Shown one piece after another: positions 1 through 11,516 of a DNA stretch of 64,000 nt (position 1 is the stretch's first letter; every line of letters starts with the position of its first letter). The notes under the pieces are model-generated. The model was not told the origin of the DNA and made no database searches. It worked only from the letters and a program-made list of their open reading frames with translations. The position numbers and the translations under genes are program-made. Source of the stretch: Planctomycetota bacterium (GTDB lineage Bacteria; Planctomycetota; B15-G4); assembly GCA_038212275.1 (NCBI GenBank), contig JBBQUR010000015.1, positions 1-64,000 of the forward strand, in the 5' to 3' direction.

Positions 1-91
1 CCCCTCGGGGGGGGGGGGGGGGGGGGGGGGGCGGGCCTTTCCCTCCCCCCCCCTCTCGGGGGGCGGGGGGCGGGGCGCGCCCCCCCCCCCC
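1..91. other. Poly-G/poly-C low-complexity stretch at the window start, probably a read-end or assembly artefact
   Basis: Run of about 25 G from position 7 plus several C/G homopolymers, unlike the rest of the window. Confidence 0.6.
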
Positions 92-137
92 ACGGCACGT
101 CCCGGCGCGCCTGGCTCCGGGAATCAGGCGAAGTCAC

Positions 138-2150
138 TCAGCGCTGGGCCGCCGCCTCGAAGCCGAAGCTGACCTCGGAGGCCACCGGCTGAGCGAGGCG
201 GACCTCGAAGAGGCCGGGCCCGCGTTCCGAGATCCAGAAGCGGCTGCCCGGATCGCCGTAGAACGTGACGACCGGCAGGTGCATGGCCGTGAGCGCGGCG
301 TCCCGCACGACGACGCGATCGGCGCCGGCCGGAATGGTGCCGGTGCCCCGGACCGACTGCGTCCCCGCAAACTTGAGCGGGTCGGCAGGCGTGGCGGCCG
401 AGGTCGCTTCTGCCACCGGAGAGATCTGCAGCAGCACCTCGACGGCCTCCTGCCCTCCCGTCCACGGCTGCAGCGCCAGGCCCAGCCTTGCGCCGTGCCC
501 CGTGTGACGCAACGCGCTGCCGGGCTGGTAACCGACACCCACCACATCGCCGAGCTGCCATGCGGCGCTCGACGAGTCGACGTGCAGCTTCACGCGTCCG
601 GCGACGGCCACGAAGACGCGATCCGTGCGCTTGAGCTGGGCTTCCGTCCATTGCCGGCGCAGCGAGCGCGCAAGATCGTGATCCTCGGCCTGCGCGGCCG
701 CGTCCGCGAGTGCGAGCAGCTCGGGTTGCACGCCCTCGAGGGCCTCGCCCAGGAGCAGGCCCGGCGCGTCGGTGACGATGCCCACGGGAGCGAGACCATC
801 TCCGTTGCGCGCGCGCCGAACGGCGCCCGGCTGATTCGGATCCAGCGCGACCACGTCGCCGGGAAGCAGACCGGCTTCGGCCGCCTGGAACGAGAGCGCG
901 AGCGAGCCGAGTCCCGAGATCACGCCGCCCGACAGGTTGAGGTTGGGCTGCTTGAGGTCGTCAAGGCGCATGATCTCGCGCAGCCCGACCCGGGACTGCG
1001 CATCCACCGAGCTGGAGAACCACCGGAACCATTCGCCGTCGAGGCTGCCGCGCGGGTCGGACAAGTCCACGTCGCGGTAGAACTCCATGCTGCCGTTGGC
1101 CGCGACACGCATGTTCGTCTTGTCGGTGCCGTCGGCGAGGACGAGACCCGCGAGCGTCTCGAGCGCGCGGCCGGCCGTCACCGTGGCATCAGCGGACACA
1201 CTGCCGTTGAGCGCGCGCAGCGAGTAGCCAGGTCCCACGGTGTCGAGGAAACGAACCACGCCTCCCGTGAACTCCGGCCCTGCCGCGCCCTCGTCGCCCT
1301 TGGCGCCCTTCGGTCCGGTGAGCCCGGCCGGCCCCTGTGCCCCGGCGATTCCCTGGTCACCCTTCGGGCCCGCGACTCCCTGGTCGCCCTTCGCACCGGC
1401 GACACCGGGGTCACCCTTGGGGCCGGCGACGCCAGGGTCACCCTTGGGGCCGGCGGGACCAGCTGTGCCAGCGGCTCCCGTGGCGCCGATCGGACCCTCG
1501 ATGCCTTGCGGGCCCTGCACTCCGACCGGTCCCTCGGGACCAGCCTCGCCGGCGGGACCCTGCGGGCCGATGGCGCCATCAGCACCCGGGGGACCGATGA
1601 GCCCATCGAGCGGCCCGACCCAATGGCCATCCTTGATCAGCGGGACACCCGTCGGCGTGTGCACCTCGGAAGGCGAGAGGATCTGGTTGAAGCTGTACCC
1701 GGCGATGCCAAGCCCCCCGACTTCGGATTCGCTGTAGAGCGTCTTGGACGGCACGTCGCCCGGGGCCTGCCCCGGCTTGGGCTTGGCCAGCGCAGTCACC
1801 GTCGTGGCCAGCAGCACGCTGCCCTCGGACAGGTCGGACGGCAGCGGCTGCGACGTGCCGAGCTCGATGATCGCCTGCCCCTTGTCCACGGGGATGTCGA
1901 GGAACTGGGTCTCCTCGAAAATCAGCTCGCCCTTGGGGTTCTCTCCGACGGCGCGATAGAGACGGCTCTCCAGCTTGAAGAGCTTCCCGCCCTTGTTGGA
2001 GAACGGCGCCATCTTCCCCGACTTGCTGGACTTCACGAGTTGCACCGGAAGACGCAGGGTCGGCACCGTGCCGGGTGGCACCTGCGCCGCTGCCCCGACG
2101 GAGCACGTCAGGCTGAAGGTCATGGCGAGGATGATGGGCGACAGCTTCAT
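138..2150 (-). CDS. Secreted collagen-like fibre protein with a putative C-terminal peptidase G2 / intramolecular-chaperone-like domain
   Basis: ATG at 2150 with GGAG upstream; signal peptide [23 protein letters not shown]; 37 uninterrupted Gly-X-Y triplets (1272-1604); C-terminal [33 protein letters not shown] motifs. Confidence 0.75.
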   Translation of the reverse strand: MKLSPIILAMTFSLTCSVGAAAQVPPGTVPTLRLPVQLVKSSKSGKMAPFSNKGGKLFKLESRLYRAVGENPKGELIFEETQFLDIPVDKGQAIIELGTSQPLPSDLSEGSVLLATTVTALAKPKPGQAPGDVPSKTLYSESEVGGLGIAGYSFNQILSPSEVHTPTGVPLIKDGHWVGPLDGLIGPPGADGAIGPQGPAGEAGPEGPVGVQGPQGIEGPIGATGAAGTAGPAGPKGDPGVAGPKGDPGVAGAKGDQGVAGPKGDQGIAGAQGPAGLTGPKGAKGDEGAAGPEFTGGVVRFLDTVGPGYSLRALNGSVSADATVTAGRALETLAGLVLADGTDKTNMRVAANGSMEFYRDVDLSDPRGSLDGEWFRWFSSSVDAQSRVGLREIMRLDDLKQPNLNLSGGVISGLGSLALSFQAAEAGLLPGDVVALDPNQPGAVRRARNGDGLAPVGIVTDAPGLLLGEALEGVQPELLALADAAAQAEDHDLARSLRRQWTEAQLKRTDRVFVAVAGRVKLHVDSSSAAWQLGDVVGVGYQPGSALRHTGHGARLGLALQPWTGGQEAVEVLLQISPVAEATSAATPADPLKFAGTQSVRGTGTIPAGADRVVVRDAALTAMHLPVVTFYGDPGSRFWISERGPGLFEVRLAQPVASEVSFGFEAAAQR

Positions 2151-2463
2151 GCGGTTCTCCACGAGTGGCACACACGCTCGGCGCCCCGACGAAGCGGGAA
2201 GCTTCGTAGATTCAGGGGGATCCCGGATGTGCACGCGCGTGAAACCGGAGAGCCGGCCGCAAGCTGCGATTCATGGTGCGCGCCAAGACCCTATCCGATG
2301 GCGACGTCGGGCGGCTACTCCGGCTCCGCGTCCTCGGTCGAGGGTCGGATCAGGCGTAGCGCGGCAAGAGATCGGACGGTGTGCGCCCCCGCGCCGCGAA
2401 ACATATCGACGCCAACGCACACATGCCCGAAACGAGCCTTGCGGTGCGGACGCCGAGGCGTCG

Positions 2464-2715
2464 TCAGGCTGCAGGCTTGCGCGTTCGGAGGCCCTTGTCG
2501 AGCTTGCCCGACTTGATGCACCGCGCGCAGATCTTCACGCGGGCCATGCTGCCCCCGACGAGCGCGCGCACGTTCTGCACGTTCGGCTTGAACTGGCGCT
2601 TGGTGATGCCCGTGGTCTTCAGACCGATACCGCCCTTGGGCTTGGCCAGACCGCGCCGGGAAATGCTGCTGCCCACCCGGGTCTTGCGTCCACAGTACAT
2701 GCACACGCGGCTCAT
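2464..2715 (-). CDS. rpmB: 50S ribosomal protein L28 (PVC-type, two CxxC)
   Basis: MSRVCMYCG..RRGLAKPKGGIGLKTTGITKRQFKPNVQ..KICARCIKSG; GGAG RBS. Confidence 0.95.
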   Translation of the reverse strand: MSRVCMYCGRKTRVGSSISRRGLAKPKGGIGLKTTGITKRQFKPNVQNVRALVGGSMARVKICARCIKSGKLDKGLRTRKPAA

Positions 2716-2754
2716 GGCCCTGACTCCAGCTTTCGGTCGTTGACGAGCCGGGCC

Positions 2755-2782
2755 ATCTTACGGATGGGGCTCTGGCGGGCAA
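2755..2782 (-). promoter_or_regulatory. Putative sigma70-type promoter of rpmB
   Basis: Minus strand TTGCCC-N16-TAAGAT about 40 nt upstream of the rpmB ATG. Confidence 0.5.
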
Positions 2783-2816
2783 GCCCCGTCCCGCGACATC
2801 GATCCGCCTGCGCTGC

Positions 2817-2891
2817 GGCCGGCAGGCCGGTGCGGATCGCAGACCGGCGGGACTCGCTGGAGTCGCGGGCCGGCAGGCCGGTGCGGATCGC
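2817..2891. repeat. Pair of identical 24-bp direct repeats GGCCGGCAGGCCGGTGCGGATCGC
   Basis: Copies at 2817-2840 and 2868-2891 with a 27-nt spacer containing a GACTC/GAGTC hairpin. Confidence 0.8.
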
Positions 2892-2902
2892 GCCGGGAGC
2901 CG

Positions 2903-3979
2903 TCAGGTCTCCAGACCGTCGAAAAGGACCACGGCGAAGCTGCCACCCACGATCACGGGTATCCAGGCGGCCATCACCGGGGACAGGAAGCCGCGCGACC
3001 CGAGGTCGCGCAAGGTGGCGTCCACCACCAGGAAGAGCATGCACAGGAGGATCGAGATGCCGACCCCGAAGAGGTTGTTCCGCGCCTGCCGCTTGAGAAC
3101 GAACGGCAGGCCGAGCAGCACCAGCAGCATGACCGACAGCGGGTAGGTCACGTGGTAGTGGCGCAGCAACCGGTAGCTGGCGGACTGCGGGTAGCGCTCG
3201 CTGCGCTCGAGCACGTCGGCGTACGAGAGGTCGAAGGGCTGCAGGCGCGTGTCGAGCAGGTCCTCGGGCCGCACATCCGTCTCGAAGAAGGGCGCGGGCG
3301 CGGTCAGTGGCTCGCCCTCCGCGACGAGCGGCAGCGTCTCCACGACGCCGTCGAACAGGCGCCATCCGCGTGCCTCGGCGTCGAAGACCGCGTCGTGTCC
3401 GGTGATGCTCACGTTGCGGCCCAGTTCGTCGCGACCGCTCACGTGCAATTCCTCGACCACGCCGGAGTTCACGTCGAAGTTGCGCACGCTCAGCAGGTAG
3501 CCGCGGGCGTCCTTGAGCGTGAGCTTGGGGATGATCCAGGCCTTGCGCCCGTCGGAGATCTGCGCGTCGAGCTTCTTGGCCTCCAGCGCGCAACGCGGCG
3601 CGAGCGACTCCTGCATCCAGATCTGCCCGCCGATGAAGACGGCGGTCAGCACGAGGATCGGCGTCACGATGCGGCGCGCCGAACGGCCGACCATGAGCAT
3701 GGCCATCAGCTCGTTGTGCCGCTGCAGGCGCATCACGGTGAAGAGCGCGGCCATGAGCATCACGAAGGGCGAGACCTGCACCAGGATCGTCGGCAGGCGG
3801 TAGACGTAGAAGCGCGCCACGACCTCGAGAGTCGTGCCGCCCTTGTCCGAGTGCTTGAGCAGGTCGTTCACGCTTCCGAAGAAGCTGATCACGCTGAACA
3901 GGCCCAGGAAGAACACGATGCTCACGAGCCACGAGGACAGATACATCCTGGCGACGTAGCGGTCGAGCCGCGAGATCAT
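2903..3979 (-). CDS. lptG: LPS export ABC transporter permease, LptG-like (YjgP/YjgQ family)
   Basis: MISRLDRYVARMYL; RLQRHNELMAMLMVGRS; three N-terminal and three C-terminal TM helices; LSPVMAAWIP; ATGA overlap with the upstream gene. Confidence 0.85.
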   Translation of the reverse strand: MISRLDRYVARMYLSSWLVSIVFFLGLFSVISFFGSVNDLLKHSDKGGTTLEVVARFYVYRLPTILVQVSPFVMLMAALFTVMRLQRHNELMAMLMVGRSARRIVTPILVLTAVFIGGQIWMQESLAPRCALEAKKLDAQISDGRKAWIIPKLTLKDARGYLLSVRNFDVNSGVVEELHVSGRDELGRNVSITGHDAVFDAEARGWRLFDGVVETLPLVAEGEPLTAPAPFFETDVRPEDLLDTRLQPFDLSYADVLERSERYPQSASYRLLRHYHVTYPLSVMLLVLLGLPFVLKRQARNNLFGVGISILLCMLFLVVDATLRDLGSRGFLSPVMAAWIPVIVGGSFAVVLFDGLET

Positions 3980-5043
3980 CGGCGGAAGACCCGCCAGCAG
4001 AGGAAGAGGCCGACGAACAGCAGGAAGGCATTGCCGGACCACGCGGCAAGCTCCGGCGCCAGCGCGCCGCGCTTCGTCAGCGCGATGGAGATCTCGCGCG
4101 ACGGGTAGTAGACGAAGAGCGCCAGCAGGAAGGCCACGAGGAAGGAGGCCGTGCGGTCGTGGCGCCGGAACATGAGCGCCACCGGCAGGCCGAGGATCAC
4201 GAACAGCAGGCAGGCCGTGGACGACGCGAGCCGCAGTTCCTTCGTCAGGTGCGCCTCCTCGATCGTGAAGCCGTCGATCGGCCCGCGCGCGCGCCGCTCC
4301 CAGGCCAGGAGCTGGGGACTGCTCAGCTGGTTCTCGTTGTAGTCGGCGATGTCCCTCGGCAGCGGGCGGATGATGACTCCCTCGACGGTCGTGAAGTACG
4401 AACCGCGGACCGTCTGCACGTCGTGCAGCGTCACCTCGATCTCCGCGCTCTCCGCGTTCATGCGGATCTCGGCCCGCGCGGCCACCACCTCGCGCTCCAG
4501 CGTGTGGTCCGGGCCGTAATACAGCACCCGCAGGTTGACCGCGCTCTCTCCCTTGAAGCCGTCGGCGGCGATGGTGACGGTGTCGTCCAGTTCCACCGGC
4601 TCGCCGGCGGAGAGCTTGGCGCGCAGCAGTCCCGGGATGTCCACGTCCTTCTGCACACGCTTCTTCGCGACCTCTGCCAGCGGAACGACGTGGTCCACGC
4701 ACAGCAGCAGCAGCAGCGACATCAGCGCACCGAACAGCAGCCCGGGCGTCATGATGTGCAGGGGGTGCACGCCGCTGGCGCGCAGCGTGTCCACCTCGTT
4801 GTCGGCGGCGGCGCGGCCGTAGGTGATCACGACGGCGACCAGCACCGAGAGCGGCAGCAGCAGTTGGATCTGCGGCGCCGCGAAGGCCGGCACCGCGCGG
4901 AGGAACGTCAGCAGCGTCAGGCCGTCGGTGTTGTGCGTCACCGTCGCGCAGAGCACGAGCACCAGGATCGAGACGAGCAGCAGGAGCGTCGTCAGCGTGT
5001 TGCGCACGAGCTCCATGAAGAGGCGCCGCTGGAAGAGCATCAT
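3976..5043 (-). CDS. lptF: LPS export ABC transporter permease, LptF-like (YjgP/YjgQ family)
   Basis: YGRAAADNEVDTLRASGV motif; LAPELAAWSGN; tandem with the LptG-like gene. Confidence 0.85.
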   Translation of the reverse strand: MMLFQRRLFMELVRNTLTTLLLLVSILVLVLCATVTHNTDGLTLLTFLRAVPAFAAPQIQLLLPLSVLVAVVITYGRAAADNEVDTLRASGVHPLHIMTPGLLFGALMSLLLLLCVDHVVPLAEVAKKRVQKDVDIPGLLRAKLSAGEPVELDDTVTIAADGFKGESAVNLRVLYYGPDHTLEREVVAARAEIRMNAESAEIEVTLHDVQTVRGSYFTTVEGVIIRPLPRDIADYNENQLSSPQLLAWERRARGPIDGFTIEEAHLTKELRLASSTACLLFVILGLPVALMFRRHDRTASFLVAFLLALFVYYPSREISIALTKRGALAPELAAWSGNAFLLFVGLFLCWRVFRR

Positions 5044-5597
5044 CGCGGACGGCTCCGGCCGCGTGCCCCGCGCACGCCGGATGCATTCCGGGCGCGGCGA
5101 CCTCGCGCCGTGGCGCGCGTGGCGCGCGTGTCGCGCGGGGCTCGAGCGGCGCGCGTGCCGCGGGCGGCGTGCGGTGGGTGCAGAACGCCGCGCAGGATGG
5201 CGCGGGCGCGGGCGTTCATCGCGGTGCGTCGAGCGGGCGTGTCGTCATTCCAGCCGAGCAGGTGCAGCGTGCCGTGCGCGACGTAGAGCAGCAATTCCTC
5301 CCGCGCATCGGCGCCGCGCGCGGCGGCCTCGCGCCGCGCCGTCTCCGCCGAGACGAGCACCTCGCCGCGCACGCCGTCGGGGCCCGGGTCGTCCGCATAG
5401 GAAAAGGCGATGGCGTCCGTCGCCCAGTCGTGCCCGAGCCAGCGCGCGTTCACGGCGCGGATCGCCTCGTCGTCCAGCACGCTCACGGCGACGCACGGCT
5501 CGCCGGCCCTCTCGCGCTCGAACGCGGCCGCGACGACCGCGCGCACGTCCGCCGCCCGCACGGCCACCCGGCGCTGCCGGTTGTCGACGGGAATCAA
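5040..5597 (-). CDS. ybeY: rRNA maturation RNase YbeY
   Basis: NARWLGHDWATDAIAF, GEVLVS, HGTLHLLGWND; follows phoH; TTG start uncertain. Confidence 0.85.
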   Translation of the reverse strand: MIPVDNRQRRVAVRAADVRAVVAAAFERERAGEPCVAVSVLDDEAIRAVNARWLGHDWATDAIAFSYADDPGPDGVRGEVLVSAETARREAAARGADAREELLLYVAHGTLHLLGWNDDTPARRTAMNARARAILRGVLHPPHAARGTRAARAPRDTRATRATARGRRARNASGVRGARGRSRPR

Positions 5598-6553
5598 CGC
5601 CGGCCCTGGCCGCTGTCCCCGCTTCGGCTGCGCTGCTCGTATGCGTTCACGATCCGCTGCACGAGCGGGTGCCGCACGATGTCCTTCTTCTCCAGGTGCA
5701 CGATCTCGATGCCGGGCACGTTGTCCAGCAGGCCCATCGCATCGGCGAGGCCGCTCTGCTGGTGATCGGGGAGGTCGACCTGCGTGTCGTCGCCGGTGAC
5801 GACCACCTTGCTGCCCTGGCCCATGCGCGTGAGGAACATCTTCATCTGGCCCGGCGTGGTGTTCTGCGCCTCGTCGAGAATGATGAAGGCCTCGTCGAGC
5901 GTGCGGCCGCGCATGTAGGCGAGCGGCGCGATCTCGATCACGTCGGTGTCGATGAAGAACTTCAGCTTGCCCGGCTCGAGGTGCGCCGACAGCGCGTCGT
6001 ACAGCGGGCGCAGATACGGGTTGATCTTGGCGACGAAGTCCCCGGGCAGGAAGCCGAGGTGCTCACCGGCTTCCACCGCGGGACGCACGAGCACGAGCTT
6101 GCGGTAGGTGCCGCGGCGCAGCGCCGTCACCGCCGTGGCCGCGGCGAGAAAGGTCTTGCCGGTGCCGGCCGGGCCGACCGCGAGGGTGACCGTGTTGCGC
6201 TCCATGGCGCGCACGTAGCGCTCCTGCCCCGGCGAGCGCGCACCGACACCCGTCGGCAGCGGACCGCCGCGCGGCTCGACATCGTGCGCCTCGGCCGGGA
6301 CGTGCCCGCTGGCCAGCATGCGTTCCACGGTCTCGGCCTCGAGCTTCCCGGAGCTGCGCAGGTGCGCCAGCAGCGCGCGCACGATGCGCACCGCATCGGA
6401 CACGCCTTCCTCCTCGCCCTCGATGAACACGCGCCCGCGCTTGACCTGCAACGCGACGTCGAAGCGATTGCGGATGGCGCGCGCGTGCGACTCACGCGGC
6501 CCGAGCAAGGCGGTTTCTTCTTCTGCCGAGTGCAGCGGAACGGTCACATCCAT
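5594..6553 (-). CDS. phoH: PhoH family ATPase (PhoH/YbeZ) with N-terminal KH-like region
   Basis: GPAGTGKT Walker A, RPAVEAGEHLGFLPGD, PLAYMRGRTL, DEAQN, DIVRHPLV. Confidence 0.95.
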   Translation of the reverse strand: MDVTVPLHSAEEETALLGPRESHARAIRNRFDVALQVKRGRVFIEGEEEGVSDAVRIVRALLAHLRSSGKLEAETVERMLASGHVPAEAHDVEPRGGPLPTGVGARSPGQERYVRAMERNTVTLAVGPAGTGKTFLAAATAVTALRRGTYRKLVLVRPAVEAGEHLGFLPGDFVAKINPYLRPLYDALSAHLEPGKLKFFIDTDVIEIAPLAYMRGRTLDEAFIILDEAQNTTPGQMKMFLTRMGQGSKVVVTGDDTQVDLPDHQQSGLADAMGLLDNVPGIEIVHLEKKDIVRHPLVQRIVNAYEQRSRSGDSGQGRR

Positions 6554-6626
6554 ACAGCGCGCGCGACTCCGTGACTGGCAAGGCCGGCGCCCGGGCGCGG
6601 CCGTCATCCGGCGAGGACGGGCCCGT

Positions 6627-7484
6627 TCAGGCGAGGATCGCAGTATAGGCAAGCGCGAACGGACCGACCAACAGCAGTGAATCCACGAGATCGAGCAGTC
6701 CGCCGCCCTGCCCGAGGAGGTGCCCGCTGTCCTTCACGGATCGAGCACGCTTCAACAGCGACTCCGACAAGTCGGACACGATGGCCAGCACGCCGATGAC
6801 CGCTCCGTGCAGCGCCGCGGAGAGCAGCCCCCCCGGCAGCACGAGCCCGGGCCGCGCCACGGGCGAGAGCTGCAGGCCATTCAACAGCCACATCGCGACC
6901 AGCGCGGGCACCAGCACCCCGCCGACCGCGCCCTCCACCGTCTTGTTGGGGCTGATCCGCGGGGCGAGCTTGTGCCGTCCGACGGCATGCCCGGCGAAGT
7001 AAGCGCCGATGTCCGAGGACTTGGCGACGAGCACCACGGCCACGGCCCAATGCAGCGCGCCGGCGAGCAGCAACGCCACGAGACAGGCCAGCCCGCCGAC
7101 GTACGGGAGTTGAAACCAGAGGCTGCCCGCAAGCCGGTGCGTCGCCGGCCCGGGTCCCGCCGGCAGCTGCAGCGCGACGAAGACCGACGCCATGATCGAC
7201 GCGCCGATGAGCACGTCGCCCCACAGCACCGCGAGCTGCTCGTCGGGACGGAGCGCGGGCAGCGCGAGGATCGCGATCCACAGCATGCCGAGCAGCCGGC
7301 CGAGCCGCCGACGGCCGCCGCGCGCCGCGCCCATGACCTGCAGCTCGTCGAGCGCTCCGAAGAAGACCAGCGTGCCGAGCGCCGCGCAGAACCAGGCCGG
7401 GCGTCCGGAGCTGCGCTGATCCGCATACCACGCCGCGAGCAGCACGCCCGTCACGACGATGCCCGTGAGGATGCGCTTCAGCAC
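6627..7484 (-). CDS. cdsA: Phosphatidate cytidylyltransferase
   Basis: SDIGAYFAG..KLAPRISPNKTVEG..DLSESLLKR..KDSG..GGLLDLVDS. Confidence 0.93.
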   Translation of the reverse strand: MLKRILTGIVVTGVLLAAWYADQRSSGRPAWFCAALGTLVFFGALDELQVMGAARGGRRRLGRLLGMLWIAILALPALRPDEQLAVLWGDVLIGASIMASVFVALQLPAGPGPATHRLAGSLWFQLPYVGGLACLVALLLAGALHWAVAVVLVAKSSDIGAYFAGHAVGRHKLAPRISPNKTVEGAVGGVLVPALVAMWLLNGLQLSPVARPGLVLPGGLLSAALHGAVIGVLAIVSDLSESLLKRARSVKDSGHLLGQGGGLLDLVDSLLLVGPFALAYTAILA

Positions 7485-7490
7485 GCGCCG

Positions 7491-8281
<791 letters not shown>

Positions 8282-8282
<1 letters not shown>

Positions 8283-9565
8283 CAGCGCGGTTCCCGGAGA
8301 ATCGTGTCCTCGCGGCCCGGGCCGACGGAGAGGATCTCCCACGGCACGCCGACGCGCGAACACAGCTCGTCCACGAAGGCGCGGCAGGCGGGCGGAAGCT
8401 GCCCGAAGTGCCGCATGCCGGAGAGCTTTTCCTTCCAGCCGGGAAAGAGCTCGGTGACCGGGCGTGAGCGCTGCACGAGCGGCGTGTCCGCCGGGTAGTC
8501 CTCGGTGGTGGCGCCGTCCAGCTCGTAGGCGGTGACCATGCCGATCTGCCGCAGGCCGGAGAGCACGTCCAGCTTGGTGATCGCCAGGCCGTGGAAGCCG
8601 CAGAGCTGGCTGGCGTAGCGCGCGGCCGGGACGTCGAACCAGCCGCAGCGGCGCGGACGGCCCGTGGTCGCGCCGAACTCGCTGCCGCCCTCGCGCAGCC
8701 GGTCCGCGGTCTCGTCGTTCAGCTCCGACGGGAACGGCCCCTCGCCGACACGCGTGCAGTAGGCCTTGAGCACGCCGATCTGGTGCCCGATGGCCGATGG
8801 CGGCACGCCCGCGCCGGCCGCGATGCCGAGGCTGTCGGCGTTGCTGCTCGTGACGTAGGGGTAGGTGCCGTGATCGATGTCGAGCATCACGCCCTGCGCG
8901 CCCTCGAAGAAGACGTGCTTGCCGGACGAGAGCGCGTCGCGCAGCAGCGCGCCGGTGTCGGCGACGAGACCGGCCAGAGCGCGGCCGTGCGCGCGCGCCT
9001 CCTCGAACACGTCGTGAAAGCCCAGCGGTTCGCCGCCGTAGACGAGCGTGATGAGCCGGTTGCTGTCCTCGAGGTTGGCGAGCAGCCGCGCGCGCAGGCG
9101 CTCCTCGTCGCACAGGTCCCACATGCGGATGCCGGAGCGATTGGCCTTGTCGGCGTAGGCGGGGCCGATGCCGCGGCCCGTGGTGCCGATGACGAGGCCG
9201 GCCTTGCGCCCCTCGCGCAGCCGGTCGAGCACCTTGTGATACGGCATGACGCAGTGCGCCGCGCCCGAGACGCGCAGGCGCGACGAGAGCTCGAGGCCCT
9301 GGTCCGCGAACTGCTGCATTTCGGCGAGCAGCTGCGCCGGGTCCACCACGAGCCCGTTGCCGATGACGTTCAGCTTGCCCTCGTGCAGCACGCCCGACGG
9401 CAGCAGGTGGAAGACGTGCTTGCGGCCCTCGACGATGACCGTGTGGCCCGCGTTCGCGCCACCCTGGAAGCGCACGACCACGTCCGCGCGATCCGCGATC
9501 AGGTCGATGATCTTGCCCTTGCCTTCATCGCCCCACTGGGCGCCGATCACGCTGGTCGCAGGCAT
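8282..9565 (-). CDS. purA: Adenylosuccinate synthetase
   Basis: GAQWGDEGKGK, GGANAGHT, GTTGRGIGPAY, EGAQG, TTGRPRRCGWFD. Confidence 0.98.
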
Positions 9566-9755
9566 GGTGTGGAGGGCAATCCTGGGCAGAGAGTGGATGG
9601 GGATTCGCGCGGCAGCGGCGGCCGTGGCCCGCTCCCGCTCCGTGCGTGCCGATCCGGAGCAGGCACGCGGCGCAAATCAGATTAAGAGGCGCGCCCCGCC
9701 GCCCGCAAGCGAAGTCCGGAAGGACTCGACCCGGGCAGGCCCCCGGCCTGCGCGC

Positions 9756-11516
9756 TCACCCCGCGGTCGGATCGGTCGGCGGGTCGTGCCAGCGCTCCTT
9801 GGGCACGACGACCGGCTGGCTCGGGTTGGCCATGAAGTGTGGCGACATGATCTGCACGCCGTGCTCGTTGAACTGGTCCTGGATGTTGCGGTGCAGGACG
9901 CCCAGCACCGGGATGCGCTGCTCGGGCACCTCGATGCACGCCGAGAGCCGGTACTCCACGTAGAAGTCCGACAACGCCGTCTGCTGCACGTGCGGCGCCG
10001 GATCCGCGCGCAGGCCGGGCGTCATGGCGGCGGCGTGCAGCAGCATGCCGTGCACCTGTCGCCACGGCGCGTCGTAGCCGATGGTGACCTCCGTGGTGAT
10101 GCGCACGCCGCCCTTGTCGCGGAAGCGCGAAAAATTGAGCGTGGTTCCGCCCATGACCACCGAGTTGGGAATCACCAGTTCTTCGTCGTAGACGGTGCGA
10201 AGGCGCGTGGCCACCAGGCCGATGTTCGTCACGGTGCCTTCGGACCCGCTGATGCGGACGTAGTCGCCAATGCTCACGATGCGAGAATACATGAGCATGA
10301 ACCCGGCCACGATCTGGCCCACCGTCCCCGTGGAACCCAGCGAGAACACCAGTCCCAGGAAAACAGTGATGCCCTTGAAGGCCTCCGTGCCGCTGCCCGG
10401 CAGGTACGGGTAGGTGAGCACCAGGCCGAAGACCCACAGCGCGAAACTCACGATCCGGCGCGTGGGCCTCGCCACCTCCCGATCGATCCAGCCGATCGAG
10501 ACGCGCCCTTCGTGCATGGCGTTGAAGAACGAATTGGCGCCGCGCACGGCGAATCGCGTGGCGGTCAGGATGAGAGCGGCCACGATGAGGTCGGGAATGG
10601 CCGTCAGCGTCGCATCGAGCGCCCGCAGCACGAGCGCCTTGATCTTGTCGTCGAGCGACTCGCCGATGGGCCGCAGATACGGGAAGCGCAGCAGCGTGAA
10701 CGTGAGCCAGGCCCACAGGCACATCATGGACACGATGAACGCCAGCAGGCGTCCCGCCCGGAGCAGCGCGACGCGCAACCAGTGCGCGCCGTAGCTCGTG
10801 ACATCCGCAGGGCGGCCGGCCAGGCGCTCCGCCTCCCAGGCCGCGTGGCCCTTCAGGCGCCTCGAGAAATTGGCGGACAGCGCACGCAGGCCGAACAATG
10901 CCAGCAGCACCAGCATCAGCGCGACGCCGGCCCACAGGAAGCCGAAGAGGAGCTGGCGCGGCGAGCGCACCTCGAGCGCCTCCTGAAGCGCCTGGTTCAG
11001 GTTGCTCTCGATGAGTGCGAAACTTTCGGCGGCCGCCTGATCTCCCCAGGCGATCAGGTCGCCATCGGCGATCCCGATCACGCCGACGCCGGCCACGAAG
11101 ACGAACGCACCTCCCGGAATGCGGCGCACGTTCACCGGCGTGATCGTCTGTGCGGCGACGAGCTTGTCCAGCAGGGCGGTCGCCGCGTCGGCCCGCTCTG
11201 CCGGCGTGCGCCCGAAGATGCGCATGCGCAGCGGGACGATGTCGCGGTTCTCGTAGCTGAGGATCACCCTGCCGGCATCGTCGGCGGCTCCGATCAGCGA
11301 CTGCACGTCCTCGAAGCTGTTCGGAATCGGCTCCTGCGCGACATCCGGCGCGACATCCTGCCCGGCGTTCTGCCCGGCGTTCTGCACGGGCTCCTGCACG
11401 GCGCCTTGCACGGCATCCTGCGCCGTGACTTGCGAAATCGCGCCGCCGAAGCCGAGCACCGCGAGCAGCAGCACCGCCGCGCGCGTCGAACTCATCCGGC
11501 CGCGATGGCTTGCCAT
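9756..11516 (-). CDS. Mechanosensitive channel, MscS family, with N-terminal periplasmic extension
   Basis: YPYLPGSGTEAFKG, GDYVRISGSEGTV, IPNSVV, IGYDAPWRQVH, FNEHGVQIMSPH. Confidence 0.9.
   Translation of the reverse strand: MASHRGRMSSTRAAVLLLAVLGFGGAISQVTAQDAVQGAVQEPVQNAGQNAGQDVAPDVAQEPIPNSFEDVQSLIGAADDAGRVILSYENRDIVPLRMRIFGRTPAERADAATALLDKLVAAQTITPVNVRRIPGGAFVFVAGVGVIGIADGDLIAWGDQAAAESFALIESNLNQALQEALEVRSPRQLLFGFLWAGVALMLVLLALFGLRALSANFSRRLKGHAAWEAERLAGRPADVTSYGAHWLRVALLRAGRLLAFIVSMMCLWAWLTFTLLRFPYLRPIGESLDDKIKALVLRALDATLTAIPDLIVAALILTATRFAVRGANSFFNAMHEGRVSIGWIDREVARPTRRIVSFALWVFGLVLTYPYLPGSGTEAFKGITVFLGLVFSLGSTGTVGQIVAGFMLMYSRIVSIGDYVRISGSEGTVTNIGLVATRLRTVYDEELVIPNSVVMGGTTLNFSRFRDKGGVRITTEVTIGYDAPWRQVHGMLLHAAAMTPGLRADPAPHVQQTALSDFYVEYRLSACIEVPEQRIPVLGVLHRNIQDQFNEHGVQIMSPHFMANPSQPVVVPKERWHDPPTDPTAG

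Noticed and set aside
1..91. G-quadruplex or regulatory G-tract
   Set aside because: At the sequence edge and homopolymeric; more likely a sequencing artefact
2817..2891. CRISPR-like repeat-spacer-repeat
   Set aside because: Only two repeats, GC-rich, no leader and no cas genes in the window
5230..5275. YbeY third metal-ligand His replaced (HGTLHLLGWND)
   Set aside because: His-to-Asp variants of this motif occur in other bacterial YbeY proteins; not clearly novel
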